Virus record (IMG/VR): IMGVR_UViG_3300027804_000165
Span: 1 to 30,380 of that record
Source of the DNA: a virus
Lineage: Duplodnaviria; Caudoviricetes
Length of the DNA: 30,380 nt
Strand: one strand, 5' to 3'
Below the pieces are notes generated by a model. The model had not been told where the DNA came from, did not search any database, and worked only from the letters and a program-made list of their open reading frames with translations. Shown one piece after another: positions 9,901 to 18,315 of the stretch (positions are counted from its first letter, which is position 1; every line of letters starts with the position of its first letter). A program made the translations under genes and the position numbers.

Positions 9901-10323
9901 GCTGACTGGAGAACTGATCCAACTACTGGCAAGAAAATGCTGGTAAATGATCCAGACGTTGTTGCTGGAGACAGAACAAGCAAATCCCTTGGAGGCCCAT
10001 TTGCGGCAGGAGATAAGCTCTTAGTAAATGATAGAAGAAATTCTTTAGGGTATCAGCAAGAGGGTATTGCAATAGATCCTAATTTCTCAGGAACTGTATA
10101 TCCAAATATTGCTACTATGCCTAGATTTGATCTTCCTACACAGACTAAGCTTAATGGAGTTAATATATCAAATAGCCCAAATAGCAATAATCTGTATAAT
10201 ATAGATATTAACTTAAACGGAACAAACGTAACTGCAGATGATGTGATGCGTAAGTTTAAGCAAGAGCTTGCACTAGTTAGTGCTAAAGAAGGACCTAGCA
10301 AGTACGTAGGAGGAGCAATATAA
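3934..10323 (+). CDS. Tail tape measure protein (TP901-type core)
   Basis: 2129 aa, Ala/Gln-rich helical protein. TP901-like core ('AAKAFREADQELVRLTKV', 'EGGINASEGANALKS'), hydrophobic segments, and position after the chaperone pair. Confidence 0.95.
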   Translation: MADETISTKIVANADFSALIADVHKVTASLSKLQEQLANSNKMMANQIAVMNRSFSDTLRSTGQFSTHFVSLQSDVEKFGKNLDGGKLKLNQYFNTFRDHARTSGGLIRDLAKQQVALQNSVLQPLGRNAQGLMQFNVHVPRGLDEVKNKAALARQELQIMNKVLQDGAGQLINWGKNTQWAGRQLTVGLTVPLMAFGAQAAKAFREADQELVRLTKVYGDVAGTSAQELGKVRRDVTETAKQISAAMGVSFKETIGLAADIAATGKTGNELLGSIQETTRLAVLGEVDRQEAMKATLAIQSAFKQNTDELSESINFLNAVENQTSTTLNDLVEAIPKAGPVIQGLGGSVQDLALYLTAMREGGINASEGANALKSALASLINPTDVAVGKFQTLGIDLLGIVNNNAGNLTGTLMALQGALDNLNPLQKQQAIEQLFGKFQFSRLNALFENLGRQGSQTLQVLDLMKASSSELAQVADRELSAVTESASGKYRRALESLKASLAEVGEQFLTINTVLIQVIDKVVQFANNLPKPVKQILALLGGFTAIIGPVIMLTGVLANFFGYLLKGAAHMKAFFKGGEGWKYLTPEMLAAEKAGKLVEQSFYSDAKAAAVLQQALRNLLDEFAMLEAKAKSGAMAVNPAVSTMAGNLVMAAGGQRVVNKDHPLAGDYGTRASSHMVSRVGRDPASQTMFGMVPGAIPVNAAIGQNPQIYMNEPLPNVPGLTTVKGVSTGIVSGEAARWHAMMATLGMQSKAEIETLKKTIAATGTVSKEFMMQFDDILPVVSKLTDNAARESAMIVAELRAGKLTVESARAKIVALNLQTEQMIASSVSASAASMGRTINPTMVPTLNQPVVDAAGKSNMRELFKKGRTRDFVNRIAGVLGVRTSGAGYNIETTIPKKFAMGGPVYLNSGSDRYRPSMSRQVNRLLAERQLAQAQPSGTDVVPAMLTPGEYVVRASSVTPQTLPLLEALNKGGPEHLSAQMLWQSTALNQGLEGRGVGGNAPMVLSGRNIASDYRGLRSSGLPPVSLLYQAGQELGYDKNKLRFHLNNYEKALSQRLASYGNRVLSKQELEFMQENLLKRHAAQLFRVDPASGAKINFFQETSLMGSRRVNGKGGTGFVGGIMRALLGTSSGFSGGQNETHLGIAQELLDNPVYSIDKDAGKMTHIPSGTTTDPRANKMTLGRMFGVQKGHLGSKMWGSVSAILGKLGQVRRGVPLQMSAGGMVPRYNMGGMVPSPNGQKYNMGGMVQGYNRGGMVRSMLGGTGIAIGGQMLGSQIGGGLGTAISMGSGLLGSMYSFGGMSGGAEGGQRGIFGRQMDKIPAQLKQPVGPLNSLSAAASKTAGSLSGIARVFGPLLKGFSSLLRLTSPLGLGLTAVGATVGFLIKKHKEHTEELRVNRAAFGMTADAAQKAGYKYTDYNKQIKGAIEDAKALKAQNKMIYESMTNANVPIKMTIEQYKKLKEQVKSTMQDYIKLFDQTDRKDVGQVAIQLKAQFMAAGDSAEEATAKIYALIAESKNASLAGTAIGNKAFQGIQTLQDAAIQTTKTFEAAMIASDTKGQASAILNSFEAINGSISETIRKSEEAAAKNKSAVKTVGEATTEQIDKINDSYKNQTHLTRGVIDEIGKTSPELAKTLNSTDTLVSAWAKYQLLVQGVNIDVSTLSGTAAVAAAKLSSIITSTVKTTGAVGAQYKEYDRLKGKIKDLEKAQRGQSAKAQIDSRDAIASLNKQIEKIRKAAQDKINGIRKATEAENTQLEIQKAQLRAQQALATGNMTAYAEEQMGIEQLLNDANRKAAEEAILTKAELEIKPLQDKIDNLSKKNQDLADKAALAGDSLVGLQKKAQTLNDNLTAYTTNLSNVIYGLQNIPKFKDSPEYQEALVALGEFGKKLGITEKPESIIDQMSKALKEIHADEVTLYTGQIKTGRVSYTKQNPFSPVDEGITGLTNTKNKAGIYVLDDPSKRKVVEEGNLDDDDIFVYQGRYYRVKNADWRTDPTTGKKMLVNDPDVVAGDRTSKSLGGPFAAGDKLLVNDRRNSLGYQQEGIAIDPNFSGTVYPNIATMPRFDLPTQTKLNGVNISNSPNSNNLYNIDINLNGTNVTADDVMRKFKQELALVSAKEGPSKYVGGAI
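7594..7710 (+). repeat. Four short tandem peptide repeats (MSAGGMV/YNMGGMV/YNMGGMV/YNRGGMV) in TMP
   Basis: DNA copies tataacatgggcggaatggttc (7621-7642) and tataatatgggcggaatggttc (7663-7684) differ at one base, with degenerate copies on both sides. Confidence 0.9.
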
Positions 10324-10793
10324 TGAGCATGTATCTACCTAGAGGATCAATTTTGAGCATAGAAGCCAAAGACCTACTAGCCACTCCTGCTGGAACAACT
10401 AAAATATGGAATAAGGTTACTGAGCATAATAGATCAGATTTAGGTTTTTCTATTGATAGAATTGAAAAAGTAGTAAGAACATCTAACGGAACTTTAAGAA
10501 AAAATTACATAGCTGATAAAAGAAAGTTCTCAGCTTCTTGGTCTATGTTGCCTTCATATAGGACATTAACGGTAGATGGAGCATGGGGAGCAGAAGACCT
10601 TAGATCATTCTACCTAAGCGAAGAAGGGCAGCAGTCATTTAAAATTAGAATTAATTTAGCTAAAAATGGTACCGATCAAACATCTTCTGGGTATGAAGAA
10701 TATACTGTAATATTTGGAGGCTGTAATTTTTCAGTTGTTAAGCGTGGACTACAACCACACTGGAATGTATCTATTGAGTTGGAAGAAGTATAA
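10323..10793 (+). CDS. Distal tail protein (Dit-like)
   Basis: 156 aa directly after the TMP (TAATG overlap). 'RTSNGTLRKNYIADKRKFSASWSMLP' and C-terminal 'WNVSIELEEV' are typical of Dit/gpM-like proteins. Confidence 0.75.
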   Translation: MSMYLPRGSILSIEAKDLLATPAGTTKIWNKVTEHNRSDLGFSIDRIEKVVRTSNGTLRKNYIADKRKFSASWSMLPSYRTLTVDGAWGAEDLRSFYLSEEGQQSFKIRINLAKNGTDQTSSGYEEYTVIFGGCNFSVVKRGLQPHWNVSIELEEV

Positions 10794-13700
10794 TGATTAT
10801 TGCCCCAGCTGTCAAAACATTACTAGAACAAAATACAACTGTTAAAACAAATATAGGATGTACCGTAGAATACAATATGAATTCAATGGTAGACAACATT
10901 ATTGTTACTGGTTCAGAATATACTAGTCCAGATGGATCAAAGCCTTATAAAAAATTATTTCCTGCTTCTTCTGTTATAAAACCATTCAGACCAATTGGCG
11001 CTGGAGTTAAATACGGAGTGTTTGGAGATGTAGATTTAAATACATGGAAGGATCCTAAGAATATAGATTATCCATTAAGCTATAGAACTTATTATGCTGG
11101 CTCAGATACTTACTATAAGTATTGGTTATCTGAAAGAAATTCTGGAGCTAATGTAAATATTACATATCCTCAAACAGTATTAACCAATAAGATAGTTGTT
11201 AGATTTGAAATATCTCATTCTATTCCATCTACATGGACTATATCAAAAGAAGGCGGATCAACTTTAGCTACAGGAACTAGTGCTGATATAAAGCCATTCA
11301 CAACAAGCGGATCTAAAAACTATGATGCTGGAACATTAACTATTTATTACAATGGCAGTACCTGGACTACAACTGAACCAACTACATTGGCAACCCCTAC
11401 TTCAATATCAGCACTATCATTATCAACCTCTGGAACTTTTGGTTTACACGTAGGGGTAATTGAACTATCCCCTAGATGGGTTGCAGATATAACCCCACAC
11501 ATTGTAGACTTCTCTATTGCCCAAGAGTCTTCGACCAGCCCAGACGATATTCTTCCAGTAGGTAAAGTGTCGGCAAACTCAATGTCAGCCAGTTTAATTT
11601 CTTACGAGTCTGCAAGAAAAATAATTTCATACGAAAAGGGAACAGCCTTTAATTCTTCCAACTTATATATGTACAAGAATGTAGAGCTAAACCCATATAT
11701 TAAAGTTTATTATTCTGGGGCTCCGTTATCTGATACTGGAGGAAATTATGAAAAGGTAAAGCAAGGCACTTTCTATGTAAATAACTGGACCACTTCTGAA
11801 TTTGGAGATATTAATCTAGACGCACTTGACGGAGCCAAGATTCTTCAAGATATCATTTCTCCTGGATTAGTATGTAAAGATACTTCTGCCATAGGTATTA
11901 TTAGAAAACTATTAGACAATGTTGGGTTTACAAGCTATAACATAAACTATAAAACAGACCTTACTGGTAAAATAACGGACAAATCAATTTTAAGTCCTAT
12001 ATACTGGTGGACAGATGATTCTAAAAACGTATGGAGCTGCATACAAGAAATTTGTAGAGACTCTCAGATGGTAGCCACATTTGATGAAAAAAATATTTTG
12101 CAGTTTTATACTAGAGACTATTTGGTTTCTCAAACCACACCACATTGGAATTTTAAATATGCAAAAGATGGGAGCACCCTGCCCAACATTATATCTCTTC
12201 AGAAAAGAGATTTGCCAGCAGCTAATCAGGTAAAAATTTTATGGAACCCAACAACAGCTAGTGAGTTTCTAGGAAGTGCACAGCCTTTATGGAAATCTGG
12301 ATCATCTTATCTAGGAGCATATTCTTTAAACACTCCACTTTCCTCTACATCTGCAGCTGGAGACTGGATAAGCTTATCACCTATTACAGTTAACCAGCAG
12401 ACTAATCAAATTATTTATAACTACTCTGGTTATTTAGTTATTGATTCTGAAATTATAGAGTATGATGCAATCGAGTATCAATATATAAATAAGCTAGGCA
12501 CAATAACAAAAATACCTATAGAAAAAAATAGCGATTTGCAAAAATTTGCAAATGATGTATCTTTATTAATTCCAGCAAATAAGGCTTACGGACAAACTGG
12601 TCGAGTTAGAATAAAATCAAGAGGAGCCTTTGGAACAACCGCAGCAGCACATACCGCAGCTGGATCTGGTGCAGCTTCTGGATGGAATGGCTACAATAAT
12701 ATTTTTAAAACTAATTCTTCAACAGATACAACAGTTGTTAGCAGTACACCATCAAACGTAGCTTGGTCAATTGCAACTCCTCCAACACTAGAGTCTACTC
12801 CCGTAGAAACAACTACCCCTTCAGTTAAAAAAATTCAAAAATCTTTATTTCAAATAACATGTGATTCTATAAATAAAAATTTAAATTCTGTAGCCGTAAA
12901 AAATTTAGGCGCAGACGTTACTGGCAAGTACTACACATTTGGCACAGGAATGTTTTTTAAAAGCACCGTAAAAGATGTAGATGCTGCTGGCGGAATTGGA
13001 TTTTTTACTAGCAATAATGGGATGACTGGATACTATGTTTCTATGGAAACAACCAGCAACCTAGCCGACAGTGGATCAGACAGGGCTCTTGGAATATTTA
13101 AAGTAGTTAACGGCGTAAAAACTCCTTTAACAGATTCTCAAAATGAAAAACAAAAAACTCTTAATTACATTGCTGGTTCTATTTCTTATAAAGTAGATAT
13201 TCGTGTAAATTACGATTCAGTAGCAGGTGCTGTTCTTATAGATGTATTTATCAATAACTTTAAAATATCAGCCCTAGATACAACTAACATTATATCTCCA
13301 ACTTCAAATATAGCAATTTATTCGAGTACTGGGTCGGCGTTCTTTGATTACGTATATGCCGTCCCATTAAATGAAGAGCAATATAAAAATGGTATTATGC
13401 AAGATCAATACTATGGTCGATTTGGCTCTACAACATTAAACTTTCTTTATGGAGAAAAGCTTACTAGTAATTTTGAAAAATCTACGCTACCAGGTGGAAA
13501 GGTAGATGAATTTGGTACGGTTGCCAGAGAACTAAGAAAAATTAGTATTAAATATGATTCTCGTCCTGGTTTTCCAATATTTCCAAGTACTGGGCTAAGC
13601 CAGTATGTAGAGGTGCTAGGATCAAGACTAACATCATTTGGGGCAGAGGTATATGTTTTAAATAATGCGGGCACATTTGTTCCCCTAGACGATTCTCAAT

Positions 13701-14059
13701 TTGCATCATTTAGCATTATTGGAAATACAGTGGTTCAGTCTGGACAAAATGAATACTTAGATAAAACCATTAATGAATTTAGTAACCCAGAGCAAGTGAC
13801 TTTTGAATCAACATGGATTCAAACTGAAGATGACGCTAAATCATTATCTGATTGGATTAAAGATCAATGGTCTAAAAAACAATCTGTATGCGAGCTAGAA
13901 ATATTCTCCAACCCCTTGATTTCGGTAGGAGATCTTGTTACAATTAGCTATCCCTCTAATGGTTTAGACGGAACGCAAAAATTTATAGTATCCAATGTAG
14001 ACACTAGCTTTGATGGGGGGATAAATACCAAAATAACTACTAGATCAATTTATAGTTAA
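10793..14059 (+). CDS. Baseplate hub/tail-tip protein with inserted lectin-like beta-sandwich
   Basis: 1088 aa after Dit. Hub-like segments ('VWSCIQEICRD...FDEKNILQF', C-terminal 'LEIFSNPLISVGDLVTI'). An internal ConA-like pattern ('GGIGFF..GYYV..YKVDIRV..VFINN..AFFDYVYA'). Confidence 0.7.
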   Translation: MIIAPAVKTLLEQNTTVKTNIGCTVEYNMNSMVDNIIVTGSEYTSPDGSKPYKKLFPASSVIKPFRPIGAGVKYGVFGDVDLNTWKDPKNIDYPLSYRTYYAGSDTYYKYWLSERNSGANVNITYPQTVLTNKIVVRFEISHSIPSTWTISKEGGSTLATGTSADIKPFTTSGSKNYDAGTLTIYYNGSTWTTTEPTTLATPTSISALSLSTSGTFGLHVGVIELSPRWVADITPHIVDFSIAQESSTSPDDILPVGKVSANSMSASLISYESARKIISYEKGTAFNSSNLYMYKNVELNPYIKVYYSGAPLSDTGGNYEKVKQGTFYVNNWTTSEFGDINLDALDGAKILQDIISPGLVCKDTSAIGIIRKLLDNVGFTSYNINYKTDLTGKITDKSILSPIYWWTDDSKNVWSCIQEICRDSQMVATFDEKNILQFYTRDYLVSQTTPHWNFKYAKDGSTLPNIISLQKRDLPAANQVKILWNPTTASEFLGSAQPLWKSGSSYLGAYSLNTPLSSTSAAGDWISLSPITVNQQTNQIIYNYSGYLVIDSEIIEYDAIEYQYINKLGTITKIPIEKNSDLQKFANDVSLLIPANKAYGQTGRVRIKSRGAFGTTAAAHTAAGSGAASGWNGYNNIFKTNSSTDTTVVSSTPSNVAWSIATPPTLESTPVETTTPSVKKIQKSLFQITCDSINKNLNSVAVKNLGADVTGKYYTFGTGMFFKSTVKDVDAAGGIGFFTSNNGMTGYYVSMETTSNLADSGSDRALGIFKVVNGVKTPLTDSQNEKQKTLNYIAGSISYKVDIRVNYDSVAGAVLIDVFINNFKISALDTTNIISPTSNIAIYSSTGSAFFDYVYAVPLNEEQYKNGIMQDQYYGRFGSTTLNFLYGEKLTSNFEKSTLPGGKVDEFGTVARELRKISIKYDSRPGFPIFPSTGLSQYVEVLGSRLTSFGAEVYVLNNAGTFVPLDDSQFASFSIIGNTVVQSGQNEYLDKTINEFSNPEQVTFESTWIQTEDDAKSLSDWIKDQWSKKQSVCELEIFSNPLISVGDLVTISYPSNGLDGTQKFIVSNVDTSFDGGINTKITTRSIYS

Positions 14060-14063
14060 TAAA

Positions 14064-14079
14064 TGGTATAATAAAAAAA
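14064..14079 (+). promoter_or_regulatory. Extended -10 promoter, predicted leaderless transcript
   Basis: TGGTATAAT (14064-14072) ends 6 nt before ATG 14079, with no SD between them. Confidence 0.6.
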
Positions 14080-14471
14080 TGGCAAAGCAATCCAAGACTT
14101 CTTCCAGTTCACAACCAACGGCAGCTCCGCTAGCCACGGTTGCAGACTCTCTTTTAGCCAATACTACCAACTCAAACTATCTAGCTTTTCTAAATGCTAA
14201 TGCAGCGGCGGCCAGATTGTTTGGACAGCAATCAGAAAGCAATTTAAATGTTTTAGAAGAAGTTGAAGAAGAAGAATTTAATCCAGACGATATAAATATA
14301 GATGATGAGACTAGCGGAAACTCAACACCGTTGCTATCTGATATCAAGGTTTTATCTAATACAGTAGTATACGATGCTGCAAATAATCCTAGCGTTAGAG
14401 TTGTGTTTAGGGTTACAAATAGCAGCGGAAAAGTTCTTAAAGGCGTAGATGTTAAGAGGACAAAACAATGA
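14079..14471 (+). CDS. Hypothetical tail-region protein with acidic linker
   Basis: 130 aa with a low-complexity N-terminus, an EEVEEEEF acidic tract and a short beta-rich C-terminus. ATGA overlap with the next gene. Confidence 0.6.
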   Translation: MAKQSKTSSSSQPTAAPLATVADSLLANTTNSNYLAFLNANAAAARLFGQQSESNLNVLEEVEEEEFNPDDINIDDETSGNSTPLLSDIKVLSNTVVYDAANNPSVRVVFRVTNSSGKVLKGVDVKRTKQ

Positions 14472-15394
14472 TAACTAAATTTGGAAAAAGATTTTTAACT
14501 AATTCTTTGGCTGGAAACAACTTGATTTCTTCCAAAGAGCTTGCATTTGGAATAGGGTCAACAACTCCAAACATTAAGGGAAATGATACAAGGCTAGAGT
14601 TTGAATTCTATAGGCTTCCAGTAGAGTTTTCTAGTATTGACATATCTCAAACTGGAGTTGATGGAGACGGAGACGCAGTTTTTTCTTATGGAATTATTTA
14701 TAAAGCAACAATACCTCAAGATATTTCTGGAGTTATATCTGAGATAGGATTATATCCTGGAGGAAGATCTTCTATAAATAACTTTGATAGCCAATTTGTT
14801 ACTTCATTTACAAATAATTTTAATTGGTTTGACGGCACAAGCAATCCAGTTCTTCAAAGCAATACTCAAGATTCTACTGGGGCATATACATTTTTATCTA
14901 AAATCAGTGACTCTACTGTAAGAATAGACGCAGCATCGGGAAGCACAAAAGAGTACACAAACTCTTTAGTATCTTATGATATATCTGGATATAGCGTTAA
15001 TGATTCGATCTCGATTGCTTATAAAAAAGCGGACACCAATCTTTCTAAAATTCGTATTAAATTTTACAGCTCACCAACAGCGTATTATCATATAGATTTT
15101 ACTCCATCTTCTGGAACTGGAGATAAAATTCAAAATCTATCTTTAAGCAACTTATTTGCAAATTATACTGCTGCTCCTAATTTACCAGATCCTTCTTCAA
15201 TTACTAAAATTGGAGTTGAGGTAACAGCAACTGGTGGAGCGACTACAGTTTATTTTGATGGAATTAGACTTAATGATGAGGATACATTCGATCCCTCATA
15301 CGGAATTATTAGCAGATCTATATTATCTACGCCACTAATCAAGAAACCTGGAAGACCAGTGGATATAGAATATAAGTTATTGTTGGAGTTCTAA
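14468..15394 (+). CDS. Baseplate/tail-collar-type protein with carbohydrate-binding-like insert
   Basis: N-terminal 'MITKFGKRFL..LAFGIG..DTRL..EFYR..ISEIGLY' and C-terminal 'KKPGRPVDIEY' resemble tail-collar/baseplate anchor folds. The middle beta-sandwich ends 'VYFDGIRL' (CBM-like). Confidence 0.55.
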   Translation: MITKFGKRFLTNSLAGNNLISSKELAFGIGSTTPNIKGNDTRLEFEFYRLPVEFSSIDISQTGVDGDGDAVFSYGIIYKATIPQDISGVISEIGLYPGGRSSINNFDSQFVTSFTNNFNWFDGTSNPVLQSNTQDSTGAYTFLSKISDSTVRIDAASGSTKEYTNSLVSYDISGYSVNDSISIAYKKADTNLSKIRIKFYSSPTAYYHIDFTPSSGTGDKIQNLSLSNLFANYTAAPNLPDPSSITKIGVEVTATGGATTVYFDGIRLNDEDTFDPSYGIISRSILSTPLIKKPGRPVDIEYKLLLEF

Positions 15395-18307
15395 ATGGTT
15401 TTAAAAGCATTTGAAGAAGGCGGCGGCAAGGTAATCCAGCCAGACTTAGCAAGCAAGACACAACTAACAACAGATCAATTATACTTTGATGTTCCAGTCA
15501 CTGGTTTATTGCTAGATACACCATATGCATTTCAATTTCAATGGATATATGAAGATAATACTAGAAGTGGTTGGTCTCCTGGATTTAAGTTAACAACTGC
15601 TAAAATCCCTACTTTAACTGCACCTAAATTTTTAAATACAGACTTAACTTATTTTAATGGCCAGCTTATTATCTCTTGGAACGGTCAAGATGCTAATGGA
15701 AATGCCTACACAAAAGCATTTGATAGAATTAATGTTTACATAAAAGACGAAACATTAATTGGCTCACCGTATAGGCTAGTTGGATTTTTAAAATCTGCTG
15801 GATCCATAAGAGTAGCAGTGCCGCCAAGGGCGCACAGTGTTAAGCTAACAGTAGTTTCTGTTGACGGAGTTGAGTCTCCATTCAGCACTGCCCAATTTGA
15901 AACTCCAAAACTTATCCCAAATACTTTACCAACTGCATTATCAGCAGAGTGGGTTGGTTCAAATTTTAAATTAAATTGGACCCATAATCCCGCAGAAGAA
16001 TTTTTTAGTTATTATAGAATAACACTAACCTCAACAAGTGGTAATACTTCAAGGGTAGTTGAAATTGTTCCAACATCAGGAGTATCTGCTCAATCTTATG
16101 TTCTTAGCTTATCTCAAAACAAAGCTATGTTTGGATTAGTTCAAAGAAATATATCTGCAACAATAAAAACTGTAAATATATATGGAAATGAAGGAGCTGC
16201 TTTATCATTTCCATTATCAGCTTACGCAAGCAGTCTTCCAGCTGCAACAATTACCGCTTCTCCAATAAGCAATGGTTACAGCGTTTCTTATACTATACCA
16301 ACTAATGCAAATTTTTCTAAAATAGAAATACAAGAAGTTGAGTCAAGCGCTAGTACGGCTCCAACAACTGGATTTTCAGATATATTTTCTGGATCAACTA
16401 ACCCAGCAGTTGTAATTGTTCCAAATACAAATAAGCGATGGGTCCGTGCAAGATTTATGGATGACACCGAAGCATTTGGTAGCTACGGTGCTGCTGTACA
16501 AGTAGAACCAACAAGCCCTGTTGTTGTAGATAACACTGGCCCAGATAATGTTTCGTCAGTAACAGCAGTAAGTGGAATTGATACTAGCGGATATTTAGGG
16601 TTTAATGCATACGCAGACATATCTTGGCCAGCTGTTACAGGTGGTGGATTACGTGGATACAGAATTAGATTTAGTAATGATAACAATACAACATTTTCTT
16701 ATGTAGATTCTCCAGGATCTGGAACTACATACAGGCTAGGCGGATTAGCAATTGGCGCAACCTATAAGATTGCAGTTGCTACTTATGATGAATACAATAA
16801 TACATCAACATCATACGTTGCGGGCCCAGATGTTTTAGTCACTGGAACCCCAGCAGTTACTAATTATATTACTGGAGGTCCATTTCAATTTGGTGTTGGT
16901 GTTGGTGGGGTTTCTACAAACAAGGGTCTATATTTTGATGCAAGTAACTACTGGTATATCAATGCTTCAAATAGTGCCCGTTTAAAGGTTGGTGGAAGCA
17001 CCAGTAACTATTTAGAGTGGGATGGAAGCACATTTGCAGTAGATGGAAATATTACAGCAAGACAAGGAACATTTAGCGGAAACGTTTCTATTGCCTCTGG
17101 AGGATCTTTATATTCTGGAACCCTTACTCCACAGGGTGCATTAAGTGGTTCTGGATATATATTAAATAATTTAGGTCTTACATTCAACTCATCAACTACA
17201 AATGGTATAACAACAATTAATGGATCTACTGGACTTCTCACGACAGCAAGTGCAAACATAGGTGGCTGGAATGTTAACTCTTCTTCTATTAATAAAACTT
17301 CTAATCAAGGGACAATAACTTTAGATTCTTCTAATTCTCAAATAAGAGCTTCGAGTGCTAGTTATACTGCAGGAATTGCTGCCCCAGATTTAAATAACGA
17401 GGCGGATATCGTTATTTGGGCAGGCGGACCTAGAAGCACCTCTTCTAATTTTTATGTACAGGCAAACGGAACAGTGGTAATGAAGTCAGCTATTATTACT
17501 GGATACGCTTCTGCAGATGCTGTAGCAGGACTTGCTAAAACAGACATGAGTAACGTTACTACAATTGATGGTGGCAAAATAACTACAGGAACAATCAAGA
17601 GCCAAAATCATTCTGGAACCAATGATGGTTCTGATTTCTCTACTGCTGGAACAGCAATTAATTTAACTGGCGGAGGAATATCGGCAAAGAATTTTAGATT
17701 AACTTCTGGCGGGGATGCATTTTTTAACGGAACAGTGTTTTCTAATATATCTCTTTCAGCTCCAAGTATAACTGGTGGAACAATTGGTGCAGCAACAATT
17801 ACTGTTTCAAATCAAATTACCTCAAGCGGTTTGGTAGCTTATTCAGATTCTGGGTTAGACGGAGATTCTGACGCTAACTCCGATGGCTCAAATGCAAGCA
17901 GCGGAGGACTAACTTTAACACCCACCCTTACCCTTGCTAACGGTAAACTTTCATCAGATCAAATACTTAGGTTAGAAAGCACTAGTACGTCTGGATATAC
18001 AGAAATTTTAGCTGGAGGAACACAATCTGCAATGTTTTCTAGAACTAAATCTTCTCTTTTGTTTACAGAAGGACTTTATCTTGGAGACTTATCAAAATCA
18101 AGTACTTCTTCTGTTCAAACAACAAATACATCTCTTAGAGTGCCATGGATAAGCATAGACGCAAGTTTACGTTTAAGAAAAGGAGCACCTTTAGTGTATC
18201 CAGGTGGAACTACTGGTGCATATGTTAGAAATATTTATATTAAACAAACAACAAGTAACCCATCACCTACAACAGGTAATGTTGGCGATATTATGATCAC
18301 GTATTAG
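15395..18307 (+). CDS. Tail fibre/tip protein with multiple FN3 domains
   Basis: 970 aa. FN3 signatures ('ISWPAV...GYRIRFS...YRLGGLAIGATYKIAVATYD'), fibre-type Gly/Thr repeats ('TTIDGGKITTGTI', 'ANIGGWNV') and C-terminal 'PSPTTGNVGDIMITY'. Confidence 0.8.
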   Translation: MVLKAFEEGGGKVIQPDLASKTQLTTDQLYFDVPVTGLLLDTPYAFQFQWIYEDNTRSGWSPGFKLTTAKIPTLTAPKFLNTDLTYFNGQLIISWNGQDANGNAYTKAFDRINVYIKDETLIGSPYRLVGFLKSAGSIRVAVPPRAHSVKLTVVSVDGVESPFSTAQFETPKLIPNTLPTALSAEWVGSNFKLNWTHNPAEEFFSYYRITLTSTSGNTSRVVEIVPTSGVSAQSYVLSLSQNKAMFGLVQRNISATIKTVNIYGNEGAALSFPLSAYASSLPAATITASPISNGYSVSYTIPTNANFSKIEIQEVESSASTAPTTGFSDIFSGSTNPAVVIVPNTNKRWVRARFMDDTEAFGSYGAAVQVEPTSPVVVDNTGPDNVSSVTAVSGIDTSGYLGFNAYADISWPAVTGGGLRGYRIRFSNDNNTTFSYVDSPGSGTTYRLGGLAIGATYKIAVATYDEYNNTSTSYVAGPDVLVTGTPAVTNYITGGPFQFGVGVGGVSTNKGLYFDASNYWYINASNSARLKVGGSTSNYLEWDGSTFAVDGNITARQGTFSGNVSIASGGSLYSGTLTPQGALSGSGYILNNLGLTFNSSTTNGITTINGSTGLLTTASANIGGWNVNSSSINKTSNQGTITLDSSNSQIRASSASYTAGIAAPDLNNEADIVIWAGGPRSTSSNFYVQANGTVVMKSAIITGYASADAVAGLAKTDMSNVTTIDGGKITTGTIKSQNHSGTNDGSDFSTAGTAINLTGGGISAKNFRLTSGGDAFFNGTVFSNISLSAPSITGGTIGAATITVSNQITSSGLVAYSDSGLDGDSDANSDGSNASSGGLTLTPTLTLANGKLSSDQILRLESTSTSGYTEILAGGTQSAMFSRTKSSLLFTEGLYLGDLSKSSTSSVQTTNTSLRVPWISIDASLRLRKGAPLVYPGGTTGAYVRNIYIKQTTSNPSPTTGNVGDIMITY

Positions 18308-18315
18308 GAAAATAA

